Assembly (NCBI RefSeq): GCF_006345805.1
Contig: NC_042999.1
Location: 96,162,001 to 96,226,000 of the forward strand
Direction: 5' to 3'
DNA: 64,000 bases
From: Octopus sinensis
Taxonomy: Eukaryota
Made by a program: the position numbers and the translations under genes. The notes beneath the pieces were generated by a model. It did not search any database and was not told where the DNA came from. It saw nothing but the letters and a program-made list of their open reading frames with translations. Shown piece after piece: positions 39,445 to 51,761 of this stretch; positions within the stretch are counted from its first letter, which is position 1; each line of letters begins with the position of its first letter.

Positions 39445-41230
39445 AAATAATAATAATAATAATAATGAAATTATTGTATACAGTGCTCAGGTGCACCACA
39501 ACTTGTCAGAAAGTGCATATAAAGTACATGCAGTAATGTAGAAATGTCTGGAAAGCGAACAATGTATGAGTCAGATACATGCCTGTGTGTGTATGGAGGG
39601 GAGAAAATCAAGTGTAGTGTTGGCGAATCTCAGGAAGCATGGAAGTTTTGAAGGATGCAGTGCTCCGACAACTAACAACTGATGCCGGCAGTTTGTTCCA
39701 TGCTTCAGCAACTCTCAGCGTGAAAAAATGTTTCCTGAAGTCATGGGAGCTGTGCTGTTTTCTTACTTTGTAAATATGTCCACGGGTGTTAGATGGGTGG
39801 AGTTTGAAAAGGTGCTCAGAGTTATTGTTTGTACGATGGTTGATAATTTTATGGGTGTCTGCCAAGTCAGCTGCCAGACATCGGAGTTTCAATGTGTCCA
39901 TGCCCAGGGAAGTAAGGCATTCAGGATATGGCAAATGCCTGATGGAGGGTATTCTTTTGGTTGCACGTCGCTGAACAGCTTCCAGACGATTGATATCCTG
40001 GGCAAGATAGGGGTTCCAGACCGGTGATGCAAATTCCAGGTGAGGTGTTACCATAGCTATATAAAGCCACAGATAGATAGCCGGAGAGCAGCTCACAAAG
40101 GATTTGGTGAGTGATGCCAAGACACCCTCTGCCTTCTTGACAATTTTAGCGATATGTTTTGTCCAACGCAAATCACTGTCGACAATAACACCCAGGTCAC
40201 GTTCACATGAAGACTTTTTGAGATTAGTGTTGTGGAGGGAGTAGGTGGACGCTGGGTTTCTCCTCCCAAAATGCATGGTGGTACATTTGTCCACAGCCAG
40301 CTTGAGTTGCCAGTCCATGATCCACTGCTGCATTGTGTCCAGGTCTGCTTGCAATAGAGATCTATAGTGTACAGGATTTGACCTCTTTATTTCGAGGTAC
40401 AGCTTGATGTCATCTGCATATTTCAGCACTGTGGCATTCTTTAAGTTGGCATCTATGTCATTAACATATGCAACAAATAAAAGGTGGCCAAGAACAGATC
40501 CCTGTGGTACACCAGATGTCATCTCATAGGGCGAAGAGTGCTGTCCTAGAACTGTGACAACCTCTTTTCGGCTGAAAATAAAGGACTTCAACCAGTTATA
40601 GAGTTCGTCTCTTACACCCAATGCAGAAAGCTTCACCATAAGTCTTTTGTGTGGCACAGAGTTAAAAGCCTTAGCAAAGTCCAGGTAAACAACATCCACC
40701 CAGGATCCGCGATCAGTGATTTGGGTAACGTCCTCAAGAAACTCAATGAGTTGATTACAGCAGCTGGAGTTAGGAATAAATCCAAATTGTGACAGCTGGA
40801 TGAGGCTGTGAGACTTCCAGAAGTTCCAGAGGGTTTCTCTGATACAGGATTCCATCAGTTTGGCGATGCAGCTAGTAAGACTGATGGAGCGATAGTTGAC
40901 AGGCGATGTGCGGTCACCTTTTTTGAACAGAGGGATGACACTGGCAGTTTTCCACTGTTCTGGAATAACACCATTGTCAAGACAAAATTGGAAGAAAAGA
41001 GAAAGTTGGCTTAGAAGAAAGTACCCACCGCATTTGAGAAGTAGGTATGTAACACCATCGAGACCAGGAGAGGCATAATTGCATTTATTCTTAAGGTGGC
41101 GTTGCAGCATTGCTGGTGTAAATTGCATAGTAGATATAGAGTCCGATGTCAGTGGTGATGAAGATGGAACATTTTGGTCTTCGACAGTAAAGATGCCGGC
41201 ATAGCATCCAGCAATGATTTCTGCACATTC
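39445..41230 (-). mobile_element. 5'-truncated CR1-clade LINE with (ATT)n tail
   Basis: RT ORF, about 140-nt 3' UTR and (AAT)n tract at 39445-39466; both junctions are fixed by the interrupted inverted repeat; no clear TSD. Confidence 0.92.
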
Positions 41231-41236
41231 ATACAT
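39608..41236 (-). CDS. CR1-type reverse transcriptase ORF2 fragment (542 aa, uninterrupted, no endonuclease domain)
   Basis: Motifs NYRSISLTSC, QFGF, LDFAKAFNSVPH, GVPQGSVLG, YADD, ERDLGV, LEFASPVWNP, LEAVQRRATK, FFTLRVAEAWNKLP. Confidence 0.9.
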   Translation of the reverse strand: MYECAEIIAGCYAGIFTVEDQNVPSSSPLTSDSISTMQFTPAMLQRHLKNKCNYASPGLDGVTYLLLKCGGYFLLSQLSLFFQFCLDNGVIPEQWKTASVIPLFKKGDRTSPVNYRSISLTSCIAKLMESCIRETLWNFWKSHSLIQLSQFGFIPNSSCCNQLIEFLEDVTQITDRGSWVDVVYLDFAKAFNSVPHKRLMVKLSALGVRDELYNWLKSFIFSRKEVVTVLGQHSSPYEMTSGVPQGSVLGHLLFVAYVNDIDANLKNATVLKYADDIKLYLEIKRSNPVHYRSLLQADLDTMQQWIMDWQLKLAVDKCTTMHFGRRNPASTYSLHNTNLKKSSCERDLGVIVDSDLRWTKHIAKIVKKAEGVLASLTKSFVSCSPAIYLWLYIAMVTPHLEFASPVWNPYLAQDINRLEAVQRRATKRIPSIRHLPYPECLTSLGMDTLKLRCLAADLADTHKIINHRTNNNSEHLFKLHPSNTRGHIYKVRKQHSSHDFRKHFFTLRVAEAWNKLPASVVSCRSTASFKTSMLPEIRQHYT

Positions 41237-41513
41237 GTGAGTGTATTAATCCTTTACAATTGAATAAATAGACATACTTGAATGTTTACTGGCTGATGTC
41301 TGACGATTTTATATCCTCTCTGTTTTCTTATTTGCCATGTAAATCATTGGTAATCACTCTTTTACCCACGCCCAGATATAATACTCAATTGCAAGATTGC
41401 CATGCAATAACTAGCACTTGACTATGAATAACTGGGTACACTACCAGCAGTATATTGGATAGAAACTATACTTTAGTTGGTTTCTCAACCTCTAACTCAC
41501 ACAGAAATATATA

Positions 41514-41563
<50 letters not shown>

Positions 41564-41679
41564 TATATATATGCTGGGTATTAGTGCATATATGCAAAAA
41601 GCTCACCCAAAAACATTAGAGCAGTAATATCAAGACAATTGCTTGTTATGGCCAGAGGCATACATGTATATATATATGA

Positions 41680-41820
41680 AGAGCTTCTTTCAATTTCCAT
41701 CTACCAATTCCTATCACAAGGGCTATAGCAGAAGACACTGTTCCAGGGTCTCATGAAGTAGAACTGAACCTGATATTATGTAGCTGTGCAGCAACCTTCT
41801 TAACCACACACCCACATGAA
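41680..41820 (-). mobile_element. Family-1 SINE 5' fragment
   Basis: gcttctttcaatttccatctacc...gctatagcagaagacac. Confidence 0.65.
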
Positions 41821-42243
41821 CATGCATGCATGTATGTGTATATATATATATATATGTACGCATTATATATGTATATTTATGCACACATATGTATGTGTAT
41901 AAACGTGTGTCTGTGTATTCATGTATATACATACATACTCATACAGAAACATATAGAAACTCAGACACACACAAAAACCAATTACAGTGTATGAAACTAG
42001 TGTAGAGCAAGTGCAAATAGAAAGATATAATAAGAGCATAAAACTGTGACGCAAGTCAGTCAACTACAAATTGATTACTTAATAAATTAATCAGTTAGTC
42101 AATTGATAATAAAATAGAACTCAGCTATTTGTGCACCTGATTTATTGGCAAAGTGCCCATTCCAACTTACACCATGTATATGCATAATATACATATAAAT
42201 ATACATTTGTAGGTGTCTGTGTTTGTTACACACACACACACAC

Positions 42244-42361
<118 letters not shown>

Positions 42362-42815
42362 CTACATCCACATTGAGAATTAATCTATGCATATCAAAAA
42401 CTAGTTCTACTCACACTTTTATAAATAAGAGCTTAGTTTTAAGTAAGAACTTAATTTATAGTTAAGGTTAATTAAGTGCTTAATTAACCTTAATAAAAGG
42501 TTGTAAAAGTCCATGTTAGTACAGTACAATTAATCCAAGAGGGGTTGACCTGCATGTGTATACATAATTTGTGAAAATGATCGTTAAGAACCACGTATTT
42601 AGCAGAAAAGTATAGATTTCATATGAAGTTCGTACTTTAATTGTGATGATTTGGGTAAGCACAGTTTCTAAATTACTTTAAATTAAATTAATTAAAATTA
42701 TGTATCACAACTATGCAATTATAGATTTGCTAGTGTTTATCTTAATGAAACAGCAGTAGAGCAGAAATGAAATATAAACTATAGTTGAAATTTATGTTTT
42801 CCAGCTTTTATGCTA

Positions 42816-43162
42816 GGCACAGCTGTGTGGTAAGAACTTTATTTCTCAACCACATGGTTTCAGGTTCAGTCTTCTACTATAGCCTCAGGCCAACCTTGTG
42901 AGTGGATTTAGTAGACAGAAACTGAAAGAAGCCCATTGCATATTGTGCATGTATACTTTTTGTTTGTGTTTGTTCCTAACCACTGCTTGATAACTGATGT
43001 TGGTTTGTTGCATCCCTGTAACTTAGCATAATAGAGTGATAGAATGAGTACAAGGCTTTAAAAAAAATAGTTACTGGGGTCATTTTGTTCGACTAAAATT
43101 CTCAAAGGTGGTGTCACAGTATGGCCACAGTCTAATGACTGACAGAAATAAAAGATAAAAGA
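42816..43162 (+). mobile_element. Older family-1 SINE directly upstream (tandem) of the 43175 copy
   Basis: Same motif order with deletions. Confidence 0.8.
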
Positions 43163-43174
43163 TATATATATATA

Positions 43175-43571
43175 GGCGCAGGAGTGGCTGTATGGTAAGT
43201 AGCTTGCTAACCAACCACATGGTTCCAGGTTCAATCCCACTGCGTAGCATCTTGGGCAAGTGTCTTCTGCTATAGCCCCGGGCCGACCAATGCCTTGTGA
43301 GTGGATTTGGTAGACGGAAACTGAAAGAAGCCTGTCGTATATATGTATATATATGTATGTGTGTGTGTATTTGTGTGTCTGTATTTGTCCCCCTAGCATT
43401 GCTTGACAACCCATGTTGGTGTGTTTACGTCCCCGTCACTTAGCGGTTCGGCAAAAGAGATCGATAGAATAAGTACAGGGCTTACAAAGAATAAGTCCTG
43501 GGGTCGATTTGCTTGACTAAAGGCGGTGCTCCACCATGGCCGCAGTCAAATGACTGAAACAAGTAAAAGAG

Positions 43572-43573
<2 letters not shown>
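43175..43573 (+). mobile_element. Full-length tRNA-derived cephalopod SINE (family 1)
   Basis: tRNA-like head ggcgcaggagtggctgtatggtaag...ggttcaatcccact; core cttgggcaagtgtcttctgctatagcc; tail ggccgcagtcaaatgactgaaacaagtaaaagagta; several copies in the window. Confidence 0.9.
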
Positions 43574-43603
<30 letters not shown>

Positions 43604-44119
43604 CTGAAAGTCAGTTCTAAACCTTCGAAATACAAATCAGGTTCAATGGTATTCCTCAACTTTCTAATTCTTTGCCAGTACCGTAATCTTTAACTTTTAA
43701 GTACCTGCACAGTTAAATTCTGAAGTTTACTGACCCTCCCTTATATCTACTTTTGCATTCTCTTCATCCTTCAACACAACCATTATTTCTTCCCCATAAT
43801 TCTTCTTACACACCTCTTCTGCAAGCAGCTGTTAGTCACTGATTCATTGGCTGATTGATTGAAGATTTGTGTGGAAGCAATTTGTTGTTTAACTTTACAA
43901 TCTCTTTTAACTAATCTCTCAGCATTGTCAAAAAAGCATCTGAATGTTTAAATTATAAAGAGAAATCTTCTAAAAAATCTGTCCCAAAGCTGATAAGAGA
44001 CAAAAATGGTTGAACATCAAATCAGAAAAAAATCAAGTAAACCTAGCACATTTGACCTGGTGTATATTATAGGTAACTGATTTGTAATATTTTTGAGGGA
44101 GAGGCTTACATGTGTGTGT

Positions 44120-44600
44120 GTATTTTTTTTACCCCCATGAGCTTCAAACAATGCAAGCCATCAGGATTTGCCAATGATACAGCAGAAATTCAATTTCTAT
44201 TTATCTTGTCACCTTAACTTCCTTACTTGGAAGTCCATAGTATTTCAGACAGCTTGATAGGACAAACCAGTTTCATCAGCATTCAACTATCTGATATGAT
44301 CAGGCCTTCATTTGTAAATTTTCTTTACAAAGGATCTCCACTCAAAGATTTGACTGGGGCTTTTTTGTTTACATTATCAGGCATTTTCTTTAAAAGGCCA
44401 CAGCCACCCATCAATTACCTTAACATTAAGTACCAGGAGTTATTATAGTTGTACATGCAGATGTCAACTTGAGGCATTATATATTCACACTGCAAAATCT
44501 CTCTTGAACATACTGTTAGCTTCTTCTAAGCTTTCTTTTTCCACATCCAATCCTCATATGTTTTCTACTACAAACTGCAGAGCCAAATTTACTACTACTA
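44120..44600 (-). mobile_element. pogo/Tigger-type transposase remnant
   Basis: Minus-strand motifs GWLWPFK (CENP-B HTH), NADETGLSY and ANPDGLHCLKLM (DDE_1), broken by stops and frameshifts. Confidence 0.7.
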
Positions 44601-44604
44601 ACAA

Positions 44605-45440
44605 TAGGTGATATCAAAAGGTTCCCAGACTAGTTACATTTAATAAAAATAACTTATTTACCTAAGTTTTAACATAATCTCCTTTATAATAGTCACCTTG
44701 CACAGCAATACACCAGTCCCAGTGTTCCTGCTAGTTTTAGAATCTGGCCTGGAAGTCATTTTCCATCAGTGAGTCAAGGACATTCTGTGATTCATTCTGG
44801 ATCTTGACAACATTGTTAAAACAGTGACCTCTCAGCTGCATTTTCTTCTTGGGAAGAGATGAAAGTCTGCAAGTGCTAAATCTGGCAAATAGGGCTGTTT
44901 GTGGTGACAAACTTACGAATGAGGAGAGCTCAGTGAAGAATCCAATTCTCTGTGCTCCACAGATCTATCCGGTTTTGCCAAATGTCCTCCTTCAAATGCT
45001 TCAAAATGTTGCAGTAGAACTCTCAATTGATGGTCTGGCCCTGAGGGATAAATTCTTGATGCACAATACCACATTTCCTGTGGTGACGCTTGTGACAGGT
45101 TTCTCAGACGCTCATCATCTTCCTGGGACATTGTTCTGTTTTGGAAGTGTCCATGCCACTCAAAACATTCATATAACCCATTTTCTCATTGCCATAAGCT
45201 TGCTGAAGCATGCTCAATGTTTCTGTAGCTGTCTTTCCAAGTTTAATGCAAAATTTCACGTTGGCTCTTTGTTTTTGTCCATGACAAAATCAAAGACTAC
45301 AGTATACACATGATCACTAAAACACAAATTTCACAACTTGCAAAGTAAATACGGCAATGTCACTTGGCACACTGCCTCATGAAGGTCACTGCTAGCTCTC
45401 ATTGTGCACACAACTGTGTTCTGTCATCTGATGGCATACT
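44605..45440 (-). mobile_element. Decayed mariner-type transposon remnant
   Basis: TIR-like ta-ggtgatatcaaaaggttcccagact; minus-strand fragments resembling mariner transposase (ORF 44913-45131 region); second TIR not clearly seen. Confidence 0.65.
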
Positions 45441-45449
45441 GCAGAACTA

Positions 45450-45650
45450 AACTGTGCTCTGGCAACCAAAAGAAGGAAGAACCAAGAGAGGAAGGAGGAA
45501 GACGACCTATATGGACAACTTACTGGAAGATACTGGTATGGAAGGGATACAGGAGCTGAGGACCATAATGGAATATCAAGGAGAATGGGGAAAACATGTG
45601 GAAACAGTCTTGGGGCATCCTATGAGACGACCTAGATGAGATAGATGATA
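45450..45650 (+). mobile_element. RTE/RTE-X ORF2 C-terminal fragment
   Basis: LWQPKEGRTKRGRRKTTYMDNLLEDTG..ELRTIM resembles the RTE-type C-terminus. Confidence 0.6.
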
Positions 45651-47574
45651 GAATTCAATGGCCATGACTTTTCAGTACCTTGCTGGAAAATTTCAGAGAT
45701 TTATGAGATGTAGATGTGGATGTCTTCAAAAGGCTGTAGATATCTTTTTATCTGAGAAATCAGATGAATCTATATCATAGCAAGAAATGCAAATAAGGGT
45801 GGCAATGGCCAGCTTTCTTATTCGTCAGAATCAAACATGGAGTAGGGAGTCAGGAAGTAAAAGGAAATAAACTAACAATCATACCAATGGTCATGCTCCA
45901 GCATGGCCACAGTCTCTGATTGAAACAAGTAAAAGTAAATATGTGTGAGTGTATACATATATATATATATGTGTGTGTGTGTTTATACACACACAAGTAT
46001 TACATAGAAAGGGGTAAATAGATACTTATAGGAATGAGAAAATTTTAGATTATCTTTTGGAGTAAATATTACAAGTAAAATAAACAGAAATAAATTCTTC
46101 ATTTCTTCTGTTGAACTGTATTGTGTTAAAATTCACTTTTAAGTTAAAGTATTTGACTAAGTTGACAACATTTATAATTTGATTCTAACTCTAAAATGAT
46201 ATAATGTTTAATAAATTTGCTGTAAATATTAATAAACATAACTTTAACTGCATTATTCTACTTCTATGGTGATACTGGGAAGAACATATCAGCATTGATA
46301 AACAAGAAACATGTGATCTAAAGAATACATTTCTGGAGAAATAACACATTACCTGTAACTTTCAACAAATATGAGATAGAGACAAAATTCTAAATTCTAT
46401 CAGGATTCTACCATTCTATAAGAGAATATGTGGGTAATAAAACATTAATTTTCAAGTGCAGGTGTACACTTTCTTGATAGCTACCAAAATTCTTTTAATA
46501 TTTTATGTTTAAAATATTGACAATTATAGAAAAGATTATTGGTTCCCATTAAAATGTCCTTTATTTGAAGTATTACATGTACTGTTTCAAGAAATTGAGT
46601 TTCACTGGCTTGACATTTTTCTTCAATTTCATTTCTTTGAATTAGTTTGAGTCTTCAAATCAACCAATGAAAACACTGTGTTCTGTAAAATAATTAACAG
46701 TATTTTATTGAAGAATGCATGAAGCTTGGCTAACTGCCAATGAAACATAGATGCTGCAGCATTAAGTATTTCTTAGCTTTTCAAAGTAAAGCCATCATTA
46801 CTTTCCATTCTTTTTTGCTGCTTTCCTGTCAAATTGGCAAAGAAATAGTAAAATCATAAATTTTCCTTCAAACTACAGCAATAAAAACAGTTTCAACCAT
46901 TTAATGCAGTTGGTAAAGAACAAACTAACTAATTGCATTATATGAAGTTAGTTGACTTGTTTTAAGGCTTAAATACTTCACAAGGAATAGGCTAATTCCT
47001 TTTTCTTGATTTTAAATTAAAATTATCAGAGAGATTTTAATATGTCTTGTTTGAGCTGATTTTATCATTGTTTTCTAGTTGCTTTGATATTTTCTTTCAA
47101 TGGAAGAGAAATTCAATCATAAAATTTTATCTATACCGCACCCACTTTTTCCTTCTTTTGCTTTTTTTTTTCGGCCAGTTATTCAGTTTTAGAATAATTT
47201 TCTCTAGTTTGAAATTATTGAAGTTCTAATAATATATCATTGAAAAAGACAAAATGTATTTCCTAGTAGTAACAAAAGTTACATATAAACTGTAGTCCAC
47301 CAGAAATTATTGCACTAGAGATTGTTCTATGTCAATATTTATAAACAGAAATGTTAACTGAAGAATAATACCTTTAATTAAGATTAAATATCAAAATTCT
47401 TGGTACTAAGTACTTGACCTTTTCAATAGAACAAGAAGTATTCATGTTAAATTTTTTTCTGTTTGCAGCCATATTCTTAGAACTTCTTGTATGTCATACA
47501 TTAACATAGATTAGTACCTTAATGTTTCAAAGAAACAGTAATTAATATAGCAAAAATGTATCTGTTCACTTTAG

Positions 47575-48560
47575 CCCTCCATTGCTATGGTGGCTTATTA
47601 AAACACTATTAGTACAGTAGAGTGTGATTTACCCCAGGTATTTTTTTTTTTTTTTACAATTAATTATGAAGATTTTCTGTACACATTGTTTCTCAAAAGA
47701 CATTTTAATCTTACAGAAAGAAAATCTCATGTATTGGACAATTGAAATAAAAAAGAGTAGACATTTATTTTAGTAAACCGTTTGGTGTTTACTATCTAGT
47801 CCTTGTCACTGCTTGCATTCTCATCCTCTTCATCATCCTCACCATAACAGTGAACACAAACCATGGAGGAATGATCCAAGCACATGGGTTTCAAACACTT
47901 TTTACAGCTATTCATTGTTTCTTGATCTGTTGATCTGGGGCACAATGTGCATCTTTGTTGAGAACTTTCATGACAGTGCTTTGAAAGTAATTCCTCCAAA
48001 GCCATCATAATTAGATATTATATAAACAAGAACACAAATACACATTATGTTGTATATGCCACAACTGAACCTTAGGACACATACATAAGATAATAAAGGA
48101 AATATACGCTTTAGTTAGAAAAATTACCTTTAAGAAAGGTGTGGAGAGGTTTGCTACACCCCAAGATGCAATTACTGTATGTATACTCCCTCTCTTTGCC
48201 AACAGCAGATTAAGCAACCTGGTGTATCAACTCAGTGGGCATTGGCAGGAAATTACATGGGAGGATACTTGTTTCATTGTAAGATATTTGTAAAGAAACA
48301 TCACTTGGGGTAAGCTACATCCCACTGCACTAACAGAAAGTTAAATTTGTTCTGACAGATTTGAACTTGAATACCAAATCTTTATTGTTTTTATCAGAGA
48401 ACATCTCCCATTAGACAATGTATGTTCATAGAAGTGTACTTCATAGATGCCAAGAGACCCTGAGACACCATGGTGTTTCATCCTTATTGTGTGTCCCTTA
48501 GTCAAAGCTACCCTTTACTGATAACAGATGTACAGGCTCTTGTCTATAAAAATTAACTGA
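47575..48560 (-). mobile_element. piggyBac transposase remnant (C-terminal part)
   Basis: Cys-rich C-terminal domain RCTLCPRS...SCKKCLKPMCLDHSSMVCVHC (47796-48008); decayed DNFFT-like and GGVDxL-like motifs upstream; boundaries approximate. Confidence 0.75.
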
Positions 48561-48843
48561 AGCTGTATGTATGTTGGTATACATACTAACAAGCACATTT
48601 TTCTGAATATAAATTCAAACAGAATTGAAATCCATTTTGTATGTGTGTAAATTTATGTCAAGTCAAAAGGAAAATGCTTAATATTTCTTATTGTAACATT
48701 TCTGTATATGTTTATGAAACTAGACTTGACCAGTATGGTTTGTAGCCTCCTATTTTGAGTTTCAATCCAAACAAAGTCAACATTATTTCCTATCCTCCAA
48801 TAAGTTACTGAATTCAACAAAATCAACTGAGTCAAATAAAAAT

Positions 48844-48877
<34 letters not shown>

Positions 48878-48879
<2 letters not shown>

Positions 48880-49138
48880 GTGCATGCTTAGTGGTTAATG
48901 TGTTGCACTTAAGATTGCGAGATCATGGTTTTGATTCCCAGACCGGGTATTGCATTGTCTTCTTGAGCAAAACACTTCATTTCACATTGCTCTGCTATCA
49001 TTTCATCATGTGACATGTCATGCACCTGGACAAGGAATGTTAATTTGATGGAGAGAGTGAGCTTATATGAACACAAACATTTGATCCCTATAAACAAATC
49101 AACTTTGTGGTTGTTCAGCAAGAAATTGCAGAACCCTC
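48878..49138 (+). mobile_element. tRNA-derived SINE (different family)
   Basis: Box A/B-like head (gcttagtggttaatg...ggttttgattccc) and core tcttgagcaaaacacttcatttcac, after a (TA)n tract. Confidence 0.7.
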
Positions 49139-49221
49139 AGATATCATCTAACAATAGAAGAGTTCATGATAAATGTATGTATATTTGTATGTATGTGTAT
49201 AGTTGCCTGCCTTAGCACTGA

Positions 49222-49252
<31 letters not shown>

Positions 49253-49819
49253 CTTGTTCCGTATTTTATATTTGTACAAGAGAAGGAGCTGGAGCTGGCA
49301 GCTACATAAGTATATTGATAACTCATAAAAAATCGATAACTTTCCTAATATTTATTGATAATTGAATTTATTTCCTTATTATATGTCTGCAAAACAACAT
49401 TTAAGCTTAATCACTACTTACTGCATGTGATCAACTTCCACAAACAAACTTCAAGTCAAAACTTACAGTGTGTCTAGATTTCATGATTACACAATGATAA
49501 CATTGATTTCCCTAGAAAATTGATAATGCTAATTTTCATTTTTTTTTACCCTTCCACAGCTATGCTATTAACAGTTAAGGTTCTTCCACAGCTCTTTGTT
49601 AATGATGTTTGGAAAATATATTGTTCAATGAAACATTCTTTTAAGGTGCTTTATATAAGGAATGAAATCATCATGTTTATTGGCGAAAAACAATACTATT
49701 AAATCTGTACAATACTTTACATAAGTATCTGACTAGATATATTACAATCTACCCTCAAATATGTACTTGGATACTTGCATAAATTATTGTAAGGATTTAA
49801 TAATATTGCTACCTACACT

Positions 49820-49855
<36 letters not shown>

Positions 49856-49868
49856 CATATATACACAC

Positions 49869-49903
<35 letters not shown>

Positions 49904-49918
49904 CATACATATATACAC

Positions 49919-49978
<60 letters not shown>

Positions 49979-50115
49979 TATATATATATATATATACATA
50001 TATACACACATATATATATATATACACACATATATATATATATATATATATACATATATACACATATATATATATATATATACATATATATATGTGTGTG
50101 TGTGTGTGTGTGTAT
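49820..50115. repeat. Large compound (TA)n/(CA)n microsatellite
   Basis: About 300 bp of TA runs interrupted by CA/CACA; source of spurious YIYI ORFs. Confidence 0.97.
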
Positions 50116-50342
50116 GTATAAGATTGTTTACTAATATTTTTGCATGTAAAATAATAAGTATACACACTGTGTGCATTTGCACTTATATATCCAACCCATG
50201 CCAGCATGAAAACTAAAAAAGTGAACATTATGTATATATATATATATATGTATGTGTGTATATATATATATCTTAGCTTGTACTTATCCTATGGACAGTG
50301 AAAATGAAATGCTAACTGAAATTATGATTTCATACTTTAAAT

Positions 50343-50576
50343 CAGTGGTTCTCAACCAAGGTCCATATAACCCTTGGGGCTCCATATAAGGTTTTGTTGC
50401 TAAAATCTATGTGCAGTTAATTGATTATACTTCTAGAATACACAAAATATGTTAGCAATTTTTTTATGCAATTCAGAATAATATTTAATTATAAAAATGT
50501 AATGGCTATAAGGGTCCACCTGAGTAAAATGGGAGTCAAAGGAGACCCATAGGTGAAAATGGGTTGAGAACCACTG
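50343..50576. mobile_element. hAT (Charlie-like) MITE, 234 bp
   Basis: Perfect 15-bp TIRs CAGTGGTTCTCAACC / GGTTGAGAACCACTG; perfect 8-bp TSD CTTTAAAT at 50335-50342 and 50577-50584. Confidence 0.95.
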
Positions 50577-51723
50577 CTTTAAATGAATATTCAAATGATT
50601 ATGCCACATTAACTAAATCCCATTAATTTTGGTTTTATATTTGTACAAACAATACCATGTGTGTATAAGTACATACATATGTGTATCTTTGCATATCAGC
50701 ATGAACATATATATGTGTGTGTGTATACCTGAATTTCCCTTATGTATATGTATGAATGTGTACTTATATATACATATTCAGAAATGTAAGATAAACTTAC
50801 TAATGTTTTAGTTTTCCTCTACTATGGTCCCTTTCTCACTTATTTTTCACCTTCTAACTTTTCTCCCTCAGAAATGTAATGCACACATTCTTGCTTATTG
50901 TAAAACTTTAGAAAATGACAACTGTCTACAGAAAAAAAATTCTTTACTATCATCTATATCTATTCATGAAATAAAATTTTGGGTGATTAATCTAGAGATG
51001 TATATAGAAAAGATGTTCCACTTCAACCATAGGTGTAAATATGAAATATACATATATATTTTTCTATATAGCGTTTATTCAATATACTTCTCCACAACCT
51101 ATAGATGATACTGTGTGTTTTGAAAGGAGTTTGAGGAAAACATAATGCATGAACAAATATAAAGAAAACAAAAATAGGCTCTGTAGAATAAAATAATACT
51201 GATTTTTTTCAAGTTAATCAAAACAGAATATTTGTTCCAAAGTGTAGCTACAATCTGCACCACCTGCAAAAAGCAAAGCTAAAAAAATCCAGTTATTAAG
51301 GCAAACTGTGATGAAAAAACTATTTATTTTCTATCAGTTGGTAAGCTAAAATATTCACAAAATTTTGCTATCCCTTATCAAATTTTCTCCTTCAAAAATG
51401 TAATGTACAAACTTTATCTTGCTTATTATGTTTACATTAGTAAAATAACTGTTTAGTAAATTTCAATCTGTATTTTGCCTGCTATAGCATACATGCATAC
51501 ATACAAACTTGTATGTATATATACACTTGTATATACACATGTGTATATAAATATATGTATATATGAGTATAAATATTAGTAAGTGAATATATATGTGTGT
51601 GTGCATGTATGTGTGTGAGTATATGTGTATGTGTGTATACATATACATACCTTCATATATATGTATATATATAGGTGTGTGTGTATATATGTATATGTTT
51701 GTGTAAGTGTGTGTGTGTATATT

Positions 51724-51760
<37 letters not shown>

Positions 51761-51761
<1 letters not shown>

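Larger units (their letters stand above)
38742..41338. mobile_element. Long inverted-repeat element (Penelope-like or foldback), right arm split by the CR1 LINE
   Basis: 38742-38849 is the reverse complement of 41231-41338, and 38850-38957 of 39337-39444; about 380-bp spacer; left end abuts a (TA)n microsatellite. Confidence 0.8.

Noticed and set aside
41300-41310. CTGACGA hammerhead-core-like heptamer
   Set aside because: No downstream stem II or GAAA; the paired arm has CTGTCGA
49761-50228. Several 90-150 aa YIYI/CVCV ORFs
   Set aside because: Translations of (TA)n/(CA)n microsatellite; the same applies to ORFs at 833, 16120-16450, 38092-38602, 42099-42465 and 51463-51878
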